Origin: Lama glama
Lineage: Eukaryota
Direction: 5' to 3'
Assembly (NCBI GenBank): GCA_028534125.1
Contig: CM052817.1
Span: 98,830,001-98,894,000, forward strand
DNA length: 64,000 nt
Below, in pieces: positions 36,785 through 49,671 of this stretch (its first letter is position 1; the number at the start of each line of letters is the position of its first letter). The notes beneath the pieces are model-generated. The model had not been told where the DNA came from. It ran no database searches and saw only the letters and a list, made by a program, of their open reading frames with translations. The position numbers and the translations under genes were made by a program.

Positions 36785-39700
36785 CTGCATGGGAGGTGAG
36801 CTTATCTGTGTCTTCCATATCATGTTAATCCAAACACAGGTTTCCCCAGGCCTTGGAGTTGGTGAAGACTTGACTTTGTCAACAGCATTACACCTCATTG
36901 CTAATGTCCATGCCGGTCTCTGTTTGCAGCTGCAGCACGGCACATCTTGTAAGACGCTGAGCAAGGCCTGTCTTCCTGACATCACCCCAGACGCCCTGGG
37001 GAGAGTCAGTCGTGGCCTCCTCTGGTTTCTGCTGCACTTGCCATGGTGCAGGGTGGTTTTATCATCTCCTTGTCTGTTGTCTTCTGCAGGTTGTCAGCAC
37101 CATTAGAGACAAGGTTTATGTCTCCACTACCTTTATATCCCAGGGCCTTGGACAGTGCCGAGTAAGCACACAGCCAGTGTGGAGTATATGGGCTGGTGCC
37201 CGACCACTGATCGGCATGGGGCTGGCCAGCCACTGGCACCCACACATGCGTCTCCACAGCCTGCCCTGTGCTTGCAACACGCAAACAGTAGTCGAGCAGA
37301 ATATGCACTGATGGATCGGCTTGGGGGCCATCCTTGGACTTTCTGCTAATTCAGAGCATCCGTTTCCCCTTTTGGTCATACAATTCAATCATTTCCGAGT
37401 GTCAGCTTCCAAGTGTGTGAGATTTTTTTCTTACTGTTTTCTGCCTTGAGGGAATGCATTTCGCTTCTATGTGTTCCTATCAGGAGACAAACACCCCTGC
37501 GCGGTAAAATAGGATGTACTGTTGGACTCGGTTTTATGAACTGCAAGAGGCATGGAGACAGCTGTAAAGCAGGCCTCGGGGAGGAAGTGAGGACATGGTG
37601 TTCCTTCTCAAAACAGGCTTCTCCCCCCTTGTGACGCTGCGGTGTCTGCTAGCCCGGGCCCCTCACCACTGCCGGCGTGGGCCGGGGGCTCCATGGGCCC
37701 AAGGTGACAGGGCTTCCCCCAGGCGTTCACAAAGACGCCCCGCTCCCCACGGCCCCGGTCACCCCAGAGGCTGCAGCTACTGACGTCCCCGTACTTTCTG
37801 GGACCCAGGGGTCCCCAGGAACCATTGGTTGCCGTGGAGCCAGCCCATCCCAGCAGCAGCTCTGACCGCCGAGGCCCAGTGAGCAGGGGACGGAGGGAGT
37901 AGTCAGCTTCCCTGTGAACCCGGCAGCGCCCGCTTCCCAGCTCAGATCCTACTCTCACCTCCCATTGCTCTTTTCCACCCTCAGTGTCTTAATGTGTGTA
38001 AAACCTCTGAATCTGATGCCACATCCTTTTCTCGTTACACGTCAAGAGAAGATTCAGTAGTGGGGATTGATGTCTCCAACGTGATGTGTCTCAGGATGTA
38101 GGCAGGGAATTGAGATCGGGTGTCTCCTCTAGTGTCACCTGCCCTAGGTGAGTGTCCGCCCCGCTCCAGGACCTGGTCCTGCCCCATTGTGCTGCCTAAA
38201 GGGAAGAAGGAAGAAGATAATAAAACTAACGTCTTGTTGAGGCTAATGTGTGGCATGAAAGGGCCGAGGTGTTAGGCTGTGCAAACCCTTGACGGCACCT
38301 GTCTTAGTCCGTGTCTGCCGTTGGAACCTACCTGGGCCCCTCGGCAGGTGCTAGCCATGGTCAGCAAGTTGGCGTTGCCCCAAATGAGAAAGTGCCATCG
38401 AGATGCTCAGAGTAACCATGTGGAGTGACCCGTCAGCCTCTTGCAACTCTAAGAAGAATTCAGTCTCTAAACACCAGAGCATTCAGACATCTGATTTGCA
38501 TCCCCTTCTCTGGCGGCAGCGCTGTAATTCAAAGTCCTGCTGGCGGAGACGGACGGGTCAGGGAGCACAGGGATGGCCGTTAGTGCGGTGAGTTACAGCC
38601 CGGGGCTGCCCTGTCAGCGGTAACCAGGAGAGCCTGGTGATAAATTCCGCGTCCCCAGGAGTTCTGGGGACAGGGAGACAAGAGGGCTGGTTTCTCATAT
38701 TTGAAGTCCTCCTAAATCAGGACATGGACATTTTATTTAGAGAACAGCATGCAGCGTTCACTTTGTCCGTGGAATCTGCATTCCTCACGGTTTTCAGTTT
38801 TACATTGTCAGAGCAACTGCGGACAGCGTCTCCCAGCTCGTGGAGGGGGGTTGGAGCACCACAGGGCTGGGCTTCTCCCGGGGGTCTTGTTCAAACCCCA
38901 CACAGGGTCTGTGTGCAGTGCAGCTTTTCAGACCTGGAATCTGTTGCAGAACAGTGCAGGTTGGAATCCCACTTGGCCCCTTACTAGTAACTTGAGTTTT
39001 CTGAGCCTCAGTTTCCGCATCTGTAAAATGGAGTAACTCTTCCCAGTTGCTCAGCAGGGTGACTGTAGAAGTGTGATGAGACAGTATTTGGGAGAAGGCT
39101 GGAATCTCCAGAGTCCTGTGAGGATGTCCATTACTGGGGAGAACTGAACTCTGCCAGAACAGGAGGCCTTTGGAGGCCCTGCGCACTGTTTCACCTCTTT
39201 CTTAAAATCAGTCTTTCATAGCAAAGCCGTGTGTATGTCAGTGTCAGTCTCGTAGAGCAGTGTCATAAATGTGTGCATATGTATAGATTTATTGATGTAT
39301 ATATATTTTCCCTGCTTTGAAGAGAATCTCCAGCTAAGATTTGAAATTTGCTCCTATTCTGTTTCACATGTTTGCGTCTGTGTCTAGCATTGGGGAGAGA
39401 TGAATCAGATAAAATAGTCTTATTATTTCAGGCTCGTCTGCCCCTTATGACACTTCCCTTTTGATGTTTAGCCAAGGAGTACCACTTGCCTAAACATAAT
39501 TCAGCAATTATAGGCCGTTCTGTCCATTTCTATTTATGTTCCTGCATCTGACTCTGAATTCCTTATAGGGGACGTGAAGAATGGGACTGCTGGGGCTTCT
39601 GAGTATCCGACAACAAACCTTGAACACCCCAGGCATCCCTAAACTGAATGTCTAAAATAAACATTTAAAAAATGTGCCTAATGAGTGCATTTTAAAGTTG

Positions 39701-40569
39701 TAAAAACAAAATGACATTAACAAAACTTCTTGTTTCTACTCTCATGATACAGACATTTAGAATTACAATGTTGCTTATAATGTTCTTATCACTGCAGTTA
39801 CTTGGGGAATTTCTAGAGTCTGGGTTTCAGTAAATGCATCATAAATTCTAACTGTAATTCAGATTGCTCTCGTTTGTGTTTACGTTAAACATAATGGATG
39901 GAAAGTCACCCTAAGACTAAGCGTGACTAAGAACCTGGTTTCTGTTGCTTTAGGCTAGATCATTAGTCGCTTTGAACATGCTTCTGCTGGGTTGTGGGCT
40001 GACTCAGAAAGATAAATATCTGTGTGCGGGACTCGAAATCCTCACCACTAGTCCTGTGACGCTTGACAGTCATAAAGATGCCAGCAGGGCGTGTGTATTT
40101 AGTACACAAAATGGAAGCAGTTATTAAGATACTAAGGTGAAAAATCTTCCTCTTAAACTGCTGACATCACCACAGGCAAGGAAGGTTTTCAGTGTCATCC
40201 TTTAGGAAAGGGCTGTGAAGATCCTGGATGGCTGGCTTGGGGGAGGCCTGATGAGTTTATAAACCGCGCCCCCCATGAAGTCCCAGACTCAGGGGTGATG
40301 CTGTGAATGTGCTTATCTTGAAATAACATAATTTTCTAAATTTTTCTCTTCCTTTAGTTAGTAGTGGTTTAGGTGAAAATCTGGTTTAGTTCATAGTAAA
40401 ATGCAAGGAAACAAAAGTGAAATATGTCTAAAATGTAAAAATAGAGGAAAGATAGAGTGTGAGTACAGGTTAGGTTTCTGCCGAAATTTGGTGTTTTCAG
40501 ACCACACAGTCAAATCCCAGTTATGCTCCATGCACGCTCGTTTGCTTCTGAAACCTTCCATTTAAAATG

Positions 40570-41210
40570 TAACTTTCAGACTTTTATCCCATAAGGAAAG
40601 TTTGCTTATATATAAAATTAGTTTTTCCAAATTATGAAGACAGTACATGTTCATTATAAATACTTTCGAAACTATTGAAAAGTATAAAGAAGAAAATTCT
40701 TTATACTTTAATCCTAATTTAAATTAATTAAATTAAATTTTAATAATAATCCATAATGCTACCACCTAGACATAAACTTAACATTTGGAGGTATTACAGT
40801 ATATACAATTTTGAATATAGTAAATGTTTTATGTAATATAGCAAATGTTTCATGTAATATAGTAAATATTTCTCATATGATTAATATTTACTTGAAATGT
40901 GCTTGTTAGTGACTGTATAATATTTCATGATAGGAATTTACCATGATTTATTAAGTCATTGCCCTGTTGGCCATTTATGTGGCTTCCAGTTTTTAAAAAC
41001 AGAGGTGAATTCTGAGATTGGCATTCCTGTGCATAACCTTTGGCTCCATCTCAGTTCCCGCAAAGTAGGTTCTTAGGAGTAGATTTACAGGATCAAAAGT
41101 TATAAAGGATGTTAAGAAATTTACACGATGCTGGAATGCTTTTCAGAAAGGGTCGCTTCAGTGTAAGCAGAACACTCACATCTTCCCCAGCGTTGGTAAA
41201 CCTTTTCCAG
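40570..41210 (-). mobile_element. Ancient L1 fragment, AT-rich
   Basis: GTACATGTTCATTATAAA...ACCATGATTTATTAAGTCATT.CCCTGTTGGCCATTTA.GTGGCTTCCAGTTTTT...TGCTTTCAGAAAGG resembles antisense old L1M 3' sequence. Confidence 0.6.
40814..40871 (+). repeat. 21-bp tandem repeat, about 2.8 copies
   Basis: AATATAGTAAATGTTTTATGT / AATATAGCAAATGTTTCATGT / AATATAGTAAATATTT. Confidence 0.85.
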
Positions 41211-41784
41211 TATGATGCTCACCTGACTAGTGAGCCAGTCCTTCTGGGGAAAGAGGGAGTGTTCCTCCAGCCCTGATCTGAGCTTCATCTCATCCTCACA
41301 CCAACCCCACGAGCCAGGGACTAGGGGCATCCATCCCATCTCACAGATGAAGAAATGTGCCCGGGGAGGGTGAGGGACTTTCACAGGTCACAGAACACGG
41401 GTGGAGGGGTTGGTTAGGCAATTTCAGGCTGTCTGATCCTAGGGGTCATTTTCCTTTTAAATTTCTAGGGTTCTTCTCTATGAAATATTTATATTCATGA
41501 TTGTATAGAGAATTAGTCCTGATTTTATCTTCTAAACTAAACATGTAAATTGGAGAGCACCTAGTCCGTCAGTGGGCACTTCATAAACACCAGTTCTGAG
41601 GCTCTCAAGTGCCTCCCTCACAGTAAGCATACAGTGAAGCTCAATTTCCTGCCTCCGGGCTTGGAGGCCCCTCAGGCCACACCAGGTAGGCAACCGCCTT
41701 TCCCCCTCAGCACGCACACGTGTTCATTACACTCCTACATTAGGAACTTTTTGCAAAGGTGGAGATGTGTTTTTCAAATTTCAC

Positions 41785-42233
41785 ACAACATAACGCCATT
41801 TGCAGCAACATGGGTGCTCCTGGAGAATGTCATTCTAAGTGAAGTAAGCCAGAAAGAGAAAGAAAAATACCATATGAGATCGCTCATATGTGGAATCTAA
41901 AAAACAAAAACAAAAACGGAAACAAAACAAAACAAAAAAACAAAGCGTAAATACAAAACAGAAATAGACTCATAGAATACAAACTTGTGGTTGCCAAGGG
42001 GGCGGACAGTGGGAAGGGATAGACGGGATTTCAAAAATGTAGAATAGATAAACAAGATTATACTGTATAGCATAGGGAAATATACACAAGATCTTAAGGT
42101 AGCTCACAGAGGAAAAAATGTGACAATGAATATATATATATGTTCATGTATAACTGAAAAATTGTGCTTAACACTGGAATTTGACACAACATTGTAAAAT
42201 GATTATAAATCAATAAAAAATGTTTAAAAAAAA
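41785..42233 (+). mobile_element. Relatively young L1 3' end (ORF2 C-terminus, 3' UTR, A-tail), sense to DCLK2
   Basis: Encodes ITPFAATWVLLENVILSEVSQKEKEKYHMRSLICGI*, the L1 ORF2 C-terminus. Followed by a 3' UTR, AATAAA (about 42212) and an A-tail. Confidence 0.9.
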
Positions 42234-42428
42234 TCAGAATCATATGCAAAAACCTCCAGAAAAAAAGAGCTTTAAAAAGCAACGAACATAAATCCTGGTG
42301 TTATTATCATGAGGTATTTCTTTTGAATCTGTTATTAAATGTACCCGTCGTTTCTGCCTAATCCCAAAGGCCGCCTTGTAATCACCAAGGAAGAAACAAC
42401 TCTGATTACTGGCTGGTTTCCGTTCCAG

Positions 42429-42562
42429 GTGTGTGAATATCCCGATGGAACCAAGTCTTTGAAGCTGGGCGACTTCGGGCTGGCCACCGTGGTAGAAGGC
42501 CCTCTGTACACGGTCTGCGGCACGCCGACCTACGTGGCTCCAGAAATCATTGCTGAAACCGG
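42429..42562 (+). CDS. DCLK2: DCLK2 coding exon (about exon 11), DFG to APE activation segment
   Basis: ttccag|GTG...ACCGG|gtaagg, 134 nt, phase 0-2. Encodes [44 protein letters not shown](G). Confidence 0.98.
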
Positions 42563-42619
42563 GTAAGGCTCCTGGTGGTTTGGGGTCGTGCTTTAACTTT
42601 GGTGGGAAAAGGTGTATTT

Positions 42620-42645
42620 TGCTGCTGCTGCTGCTGCTGCTGCTG
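42620..42645 (+). repeat. (GCT)8 microsatellite
   Basis: Perfect run about 58 nt downstream of the donor at 42563. Confidence 0.95.
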
Positions 42646-42991
42646 TGTATTCAGATGCCCCTTGGGAGTGTGGGGAGCAGGAGAGGCTGTTACCTGCACA
42701 TGACTTTGATCCCAAGAACTCGAGTTTGTGCTTCTGTTTCCAAGAGCCCCAAGCCTGGACTTCTGTCCTGAGGCCGGTCTTGGGAATAGTGACAGTAATC
42801 CCCACGAGGGTGGTGAGGGTGGGAGAAAAGCAGATGTCTTTGTCCAAAGGGTAATTCTTTCCTCTACGTGAAATGAGCAGTGTGGCTCGGAAAGACCTCT
42901 TTTCCTGACAAACAAGGACCAGTCCTGTAACGTGGAGGGTTCCGGGGAGCGTATCACTGTTTCTCACCTCCCACCCTCTCTGTTTTCCCAG

Positions 42992-43069
42992 CTATGGCCT
43001 GAAGGTGGACATTTGGGCGGCTGGTGTGATCACCTACATACTCCTCTGTGGATTCCCACCCTTCCGAAG
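42992..43069 (+). CDS. DCLK2: DCLK2 coding exon (about exon 12)
   Basis: tcccag|CTAT...CGAAG|gtcagt, 78 nt, phase 2-2. Encodes (G)[25 protein letters not shown](S). Confidence 0.98.
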
Positions 43070-45413
43070 GTCAGTGGTTTTTGGAGTGACACCATTTGAA
43101 TTGTAAACTCTCTCCCTTTGATCAAGAAGCAGACGGTCTACTCCTGGCAGTCAGGACCAGAAGCTGGTCGATAAAAATGTCAGTTAAAAATTATATAAAC
43201 ATACCTTTCACGTTTTATCTTAATTTACAACCTATGAATGTGTATTCCTTGTCCCCCCTTGTGATGTGAGGCCAAGGCCTTCGCTTTGTGTACAGTCCTG
43301 AGTTTCCCGCCGTCATTCTTCCTAAAACACACCCACAGTCCAGTGTCTGCGGTTTCCACTCCCAGGCTTTTTCAGGAGGAATGAGGTTTAAAGATCCTTG
43401 CAAAGCAATCTGATCCTTTCAGGTCAGCCTTTTTCCAGTCCTTAAGAGCTGTCTCGTCTCCTTAATTTGACAACGGTTTTAACAACTCACTTTCCAAAGC
43501 GTTCAACCTAGTTCTTGTAGAAACAGGGAATTCTTTCTTTTTAAATTCATTCTGTCTGTTCACATAATATTTAAGTAGAACTGCAAATACTATCAGGATA
43601 AACAGGCCTGGGAACAAACACACGGACCCTTAGTGACCGTGCGCCTCACCCAGTGGCCGCACTTGGGGTCGGAGTGTGTGGCGAGGCCCACAGACACGCT
43701 CGCCCCCAGCAGTTTGTGACCTGGGGGGGGGTGGGGCTCCCACATGGCGTCTCGTTTGATCAGTTCTGTCTCCCTCTTTGGAGCAAATGAACACTTTGAA
43801 GCAGAAGTTCATCTGATGATGCATTTTGTTCTTCTGAGTTTTCTTGAATGCTCTTTTCCTTTTAATCCCTTCTTTTTTCTTCATTTGTACAACAATTTGT
43901 AGACTAGCTACTGTGGGCCAGGTATTGGTCTAAGTGCTGGGAATCATGATGAACAAAATATACGCTCTGAGGTCATGGTGTTTACAGTGTGGTATTGGGT
44001 CAGTAAATAAAAAATAAGTTTATTTCATCCTCCCCTACCCCAACATTTTGAAACATTATGAAAACTTTCAAATATATAGAAAAGTTGGATGGTTTATCTT
44101 TTTTAAATGATCAGTTTTCAGTTGAGTTAAAACAGTTTTTTTGCTGACATTATAGTAAGCACAAGAGTGACACAGAGATGTCTGTCTCTACTTTCAAGAG
44201 CCTTGCGGTGTGAAGACACATCACAAGAACGCTGATCAAGCAGAACAAACTGAGCATGGGGGCCTGCTCAGTTGAGGGCTGGAGATCACAGACCGCTTAA
44301 CAAAGTTACAGCATTTGAGTGGGATCTGACCTTGTGGCATGGGTTGGGTTTCTGTAGGTGGAAGGCTCTTTGCATCTGGCTGTCAACATCATGGTTTTCC
44401 ATCAAGGTCATTGCCTAGGTGGGCTAACACACTGTAGGGTTACTTGACTTATCAGTTGGTTTTTGCTGAATAATAAACTTCCCCTAAAGGAAGGGATGTA
44501 AATCCTTCTGTGGATCAATTGGGCAGTTCTTCTGATCTGGGGGCATAGAGTGCAGTGTGTGGTCTCACTGACATACCAGGTGGTTGGCTCAGTGTCAGCT
44601 GGGATGACAGCTATGACCCGGCCATGTGCCTCCCAGCATCTGGCGTGGGCGTCACATCACCACGGACAGACCCCAAAGCAGCCAGAGAGAGGGCATGTTC
44701 TCCAGCCCAAGTGCTTTCCTAGTCTCTGCTTGCCTCATGTTTTCTGATTGATGTCCAGATGACCAAATGAAGTCAAATAGCAAAGTCCAGAGTAAATGTG
44801 GGAAAAGATAATGTGTGTACGTAGAGGTTGGGGAATAACTTGTGGCTGTTTTTACAGTCACACTGTACCCTGGCTGGTTTCAGAGATGACCTGTTTTGGG
44901 AACTAGTCAAGTGCAGAGGTTTTGAGAGCAGGTAATCCTGGGCCAGTTACAGCAGAATTCCCCTCCTTGGTTAACCCAAGTTGAGAGCGGTCGGAAAAGG
45001 GTCTCAGGGATCAGCTGTGGAGGAAAGTGTGCTCACAACTCCCTCTAGTGTTTCCTCTTGCCAGTGCAGCCAGGGAGTTTTTTCTTTGACTTCGTTTTTT
45101 TACTTTTTAACAAAAGCAAGACTCAGATTGAACAGTATGTATCTATTGTGACTCGTTACCCAGCGGACAGCAGCGTCTTTGTGGGATCTGGAGGTAAGTC
45201 TGGCTAATCAAAAGCAGTGAAACTGCACTCTGAAAGCTGCTGCCTTAGGGGTTGTATTCAGAAGCTGGTTCTCCAACTCCAGATAGCTTACTTTTGTTCC
45301 CCTTTGCATACCATGTTGTGATGAAGGAGAATCTATTATGTTAAATACTAGTTACAGAAGTGTTTTCAAAGCATACAGAGACGTTATGGACAGATTTTAT
45401 AACCTACTATTTA

Positions 45414-45478
45414 TACACACACACACACACATACATACATACATACATACATACATACATACATACATGTATATATAT
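45414..45478 (+). repeat. Compound (CA)n(TACA)n(TA)n microsatellite
   Basis: Read directly from the sequence. Confidence 0.95.
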
Positions 45479-47666
45479 GGCAAGTCATGGAAATGGTACC
45501 TTAAATAATGATGAATGACTCTGTTGTAAGATAGATTATCTACATAAATTTGTCCCTAAAATAAAAGTCCTTCAAACTGGTATCTCCAAATATTTTCTCT
45601 GTTTTCTACAAAAGATGATTTTAACCCAAAGCTTTTTAATTAAACTTATTCCTTAGAATTCACGGTTTCAGCATCTCTGACTGCACCATCTCTTATTCTT
45701 CCTTCAGGCTTTTCGGGCTTTAGTCTTAGGTTGACATGTGTTCCCTCCAGTCTTTTTCAGGACCAGATTCATTGTTACCAAGAAGGATGTTGGCTTGGTG
45801 CCGTTCTAATTGCTGGGACATCCTGGGGTTTTGTTGTTGACTCAGGCTGGCCAAGAACCTAAATTCTGCAGACACCACCCCCCAGCATTTTAGCTGGTAA
45901 TTAACAAAAAAAGCCATATATATTATCAAAACATAAGCTATCTGAGATCCCAGACAAAAAAAAAAAATGAAAAGGGAGATGAATATATTCAGAGACGGAT
46001 GGCTGAAAAGAACGATTCTCATAATGGGTGAATTTTTTTTAATCTTCTAACATTGTCTCCTGGGACCTCTGGTTTTCTGACGTTTTCTAAAAAATCCCAC
46101 TGTGTACTTAGGTGTGTCCTGCACTCATTTTGAAGGAGAGTTGTGCTGAGTTCAATCGGTAGAGAAGTCACAGTGAAAAGGAAAGGAAACATTTAAATAC
46201 CTAGAAAGACACAGTCTGTCCTCTCTCAAGGTCATCACTTTTTAGGGGAGCGGGTGGGGGCGTCTCTTGCCCGGTCACCTGGCCTGGCTCTTGCTGCCCC
46301 ATGTGCTGCATGACCCAGGCCTCACAGCCCAGCAGTGTCGGTGCTGCTGGGCTTGGGCAGACGTCGTGGATACTCACAGAGCGCACAAGTCCTACTCTTT
46401 GTCCTAGAACAGGAGTGAGGCAGCCATCTCCTCACACAGCCCAGAATCAGTCTCTCGACACTGCCCTGAACGATCTCTTTCTAGGGACGCCACACTTGCC
46501 CTGGTAGCATGACCAGGACCCACGTGCACACGCCCAGCAGAGCAAGTCGGCTGCAGGGGGGCTAGGGGAACTCCGGGAGAAATGCTGCACGCTTGCCAGG
46601 TGAGACTGAACTTCCGCTCCTGGCTTTTAATCTTGGCACCAGCAGCCCGTCCTGAGTTTGCTGCTAGGGCTTTGCGATGGCCTCGAAAAGCAGTGACTTT
46701 GTTCTCACTCTAGCCGTCGGTGCGCCCACCAAGTGAAGGGGCTCTGAGGCTGTGGAGATGTCGTTTTCTGGGAGGCTGGGGACGTCCAGCTTCCTAAATT
46801 GTTCCCGGCGGTGTTTCCACGTTTCCACGGCACTGTCCATCAAAAGCCAAGTCATCGTTTATTCGTCAGGCACCAGCTGTGTGTGCAGGTGCACCTTTGA
46901 GGGTGGGGCCGGTAGGCACAGGGTGGGGATGGACACCCACCCAGGGCTGGTGAGGTGGGTTTGCCTCAACCCAAGAAGTTGTAGTTGACGTGCTCGGATG
47001 GGCTCTTCCTCTCAGACTGAGCATCACTGAAAGTCAGGTTCTAGTGGGAGCGAATTAGGTCGTGACTGTTTCATCCAGACTCTGAACGCCTTATGTCTTT
47101 TCACGTGTTGGCTGCTTTGCTGATCTTTGGCTGTTGTGTTGGAGAAGTGGGAAGAGGAAGGGCAAGGAGGTCTGACGCAGATTCGCTGCTTTTCTACTCT
47201 TATTCCCATGAGAGATGAAGGGAGAGCAGGCGCTAAGCTTGTTTTTTCTGAAGTGAGGGTTTCCATTATTTGTGGATTCCATCTTTTTCTTGAGTCTTTT
47301 TTTTATTGTAGCAAAATAAAATGTATCGTTTTAACCATTTTTAAGTGTAAAGTGTTAGGTGGTATTAAGTATGTTTATGGTGCTGTGGAACCATCTCCAG
47401 AACATCTTCGTCTTCACAGGCTGAACTAAGCAAATTTCTTGCATTTTTGTCTTCACTCTCTGCCTCCTTTCTCTTTGATTCCCAGGCCCGTGGAAATGTC
47501 CTTTAGTTCCTTGTCTAAAAGGGAGAATGTGTCATCCCCAACGCAGTACAGCTGAGACAGGAAATGCCCCAGCCAGAGAGCCCGGCCTCCTTTCCTCGCT
47601 CTTCATGTGCATGTTCTGTTGAAAACCTGTATGGTGACGCTGACTCCTCTTCTGTTTCCTTGCCAG

Positions 47667-47763
47667 TGAGAACAATCTGCAAGAAGATCTCTTCGACCAG
47701 ATCTTGGCTGGGAAGCTGGAGTTTCCAGCCCCCTACTGGGATAACATCACAGACTCAGCAAAG
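47667..47763 (+). CDS. DCLK2: DCLK2 coding exon (about exon 13)
   Basis: tgccag|TGAG...GCAAAG|gtaccc, 97 nt, phase 2-0. Encodes (S)[32 protein letters not shown]. Confidence 0.98.
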
Positions 47764-48386
47764 GTACCCATCCTGGCCTGTGTCTGGGGGGGTGCGTCAC
47801 GTCGAGGGGTCCTCACCCGTCATGTGGGGCTGCAGCAGTTCCTGGTCCATCTGGACTCAATTCGTGGTTCCTCTTTGAGTACATTCCACAGTATAGTCTC
47901 TGAAACGCTTAAGCAAATTCTGAAAGCTGGACTGGCTGTCTTCCCAGTTTGCCGCTACCATCCTCCCGTGCTCCTCTAAGCCCCGAACATTCCTTCTTTC
48001 ATTTATTCAAGGAATGCATATTGGACACCCATTGGGCTGTAGGAGTGGACTCGCGAGACAGGCTGAGTTGCCGGAGGAGCGGTGGCACCGCGGTGTTGCG
48101 CTGTGGAATGTTGATAATGACCAGAACTCTTAGGAGAGAGTGTCCTGCTTTAGTGCAGACCCAGGAGAGCCCTCTGCTCCTCTCGCTGCTGCTGACGCAA
48201 GGCAGCTGTCTGTGTCACTGCCCAGTAAGCACGGGGAGCCGAGGTGATGATAGCTTTTACTTTCAAATGGCTGAGCAGCTGTGTTGGCTGTTCTTTGAAG
48301 TCCTTGGTGCAAACTCAGATTTCTGTGTTGATGCTGGAATTACCCTGCTTTTGTCTCTTCTACCTTTCCTCCCTCTTTCTTTCCAG

Positions 48387-48467
48387 GAATTAATCAGTCA
48401 GATGCTTCAGGTAAACGTAGAAGCGCGGTGTACGGCGGGGCAAATCCTGAGTCACCCCTGGGTGTCA
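48387..48467 (+). CDS. DCLK2: DCLK2 coding exon (about exon 14), end of kinase domain
   Basis: ttccag|GAA...GTGTCA|gtaagt, 81 nt, phase 0-0. Encodes ELISQMLQVNVEARCTAGQILSHPWVS. Confidence 0.98.
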
Positions 48468-49554
48468 GTAAGTACCCACGTTCCAGGGGGTGAACAGCTC
48501 TGTGTTCCTCCCCACCGTGGCTTTGGTACATGCAAAGTTCTGCATCCAAGGTCCACGGCAGATTAAATGTCTGTTTTCTCTAGTGAGCATAGCACAGAGA
48601 TAGCTCTCTGGGAGAAGGCGGTTGGCACAGGGATCCCGCTCTGGGAGTGACCTGGCAAGTCACTGTCCCTTTCTGGGCCTGAGTTTCCACATCTGTGAGA
48701 TGGAAGGTTTGGCCAGGATGCTCTAAAAGGATGTTCTGGGGTTTGAAAGTTTCTGGGATTTGCTCAGAGATGACCCTGTTTCAGAGCCTGTCTTCACGGC
48801 ACACGGTCACAGGAGAGCTCGTGGTGTGGTGGGGCTGCCGAGCCCGTCCCTGCCAGAGTGGAGCAGGGGACGTGTAGTGTTGCCTGGAGCTTCTCTGAGC
48901 TTGGGCGGTGCCTCCAGGTTTGTAAACATGGTCCACAAAATGGTGACAGCTGGAGAGTCTGTGTTCCCCTCAGTCCTGGAGGCTCCAGGAGAGTCCAGTT
49001 AATCCAAGGGCTTTTGCGACTTCAGGGGGCTCCCTGTGCACCTCTGCCACCTCACTGTCCCACACATTCTGACAACTTCTCTGGATCCTGCTAAGTGACT
49101 TGGCTTTTTGGACCAAGTAGCTGAGCTGCCACATTTTTTTATGAGCAATAAAGACTAACTGCTAACTGAATTCTTGATTGAGATGATAAACTGTTCATTC
49201 ATTTTGAGTTTCCACAGTAGGGATCTGTACCAAATTAGGTGGCATTTGTGCGATGGGGGAGGGCCTCAGAACCCTGAATAATGCCCTTCTTGTGACCCTG
49301 GGACCTCTGCCCTCTCCTGGGCCTGCTCCAGCCCTAAGGAGGGAAGTGAGTGGTGGAGGCTCTTTCCGAGGGCAGGGGACTGCTGAGAAGCAGTAATTAT
49401 GTTTAAAAGGAAGGTCATTGTCCCCCTGCGCTTGTGGCTAAGATGGACCTATTTAGGAGGGAGATGGTGGTGGTGACGGGTGGTGGGTGACGGTTCAGGA
49501 AGAGACCACTTAGACGTGAGAATCAAAATCATCGTCTTTGATTTTTTTCTGTAG

Positions 49555-49671
49555 GATGACGCCTCCCAGGAGAATAATATGCAAGCAGAAGTCACAGGTA
49601 AACTAAAACAGCACTTTAATAATGCGCTCCCCAAACAGAACAGCACCACAACCGGGGTCTCCGTTATCATG
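49555..49671 (+). CDS. DCLK2: DCLK2 coding exon (about exon 15), regulatory C-tail
   Basis: ctgtag|GAT...ATCATG|gtaagt, 117 nt, phase 0-0. Encodes DDASQENNMQAEVTGKLKQHFNNALPKQNSTTTGVSVIM. Confidence 0.97.

Noticed and set aside
36663..37106. ORF with a His13 run, and the poly-Met ORF on the opposite strand
   Set aside because: Both are translations of the (CAT)12 microsatellite with no other protein-like features. This is not a vector His-tag.
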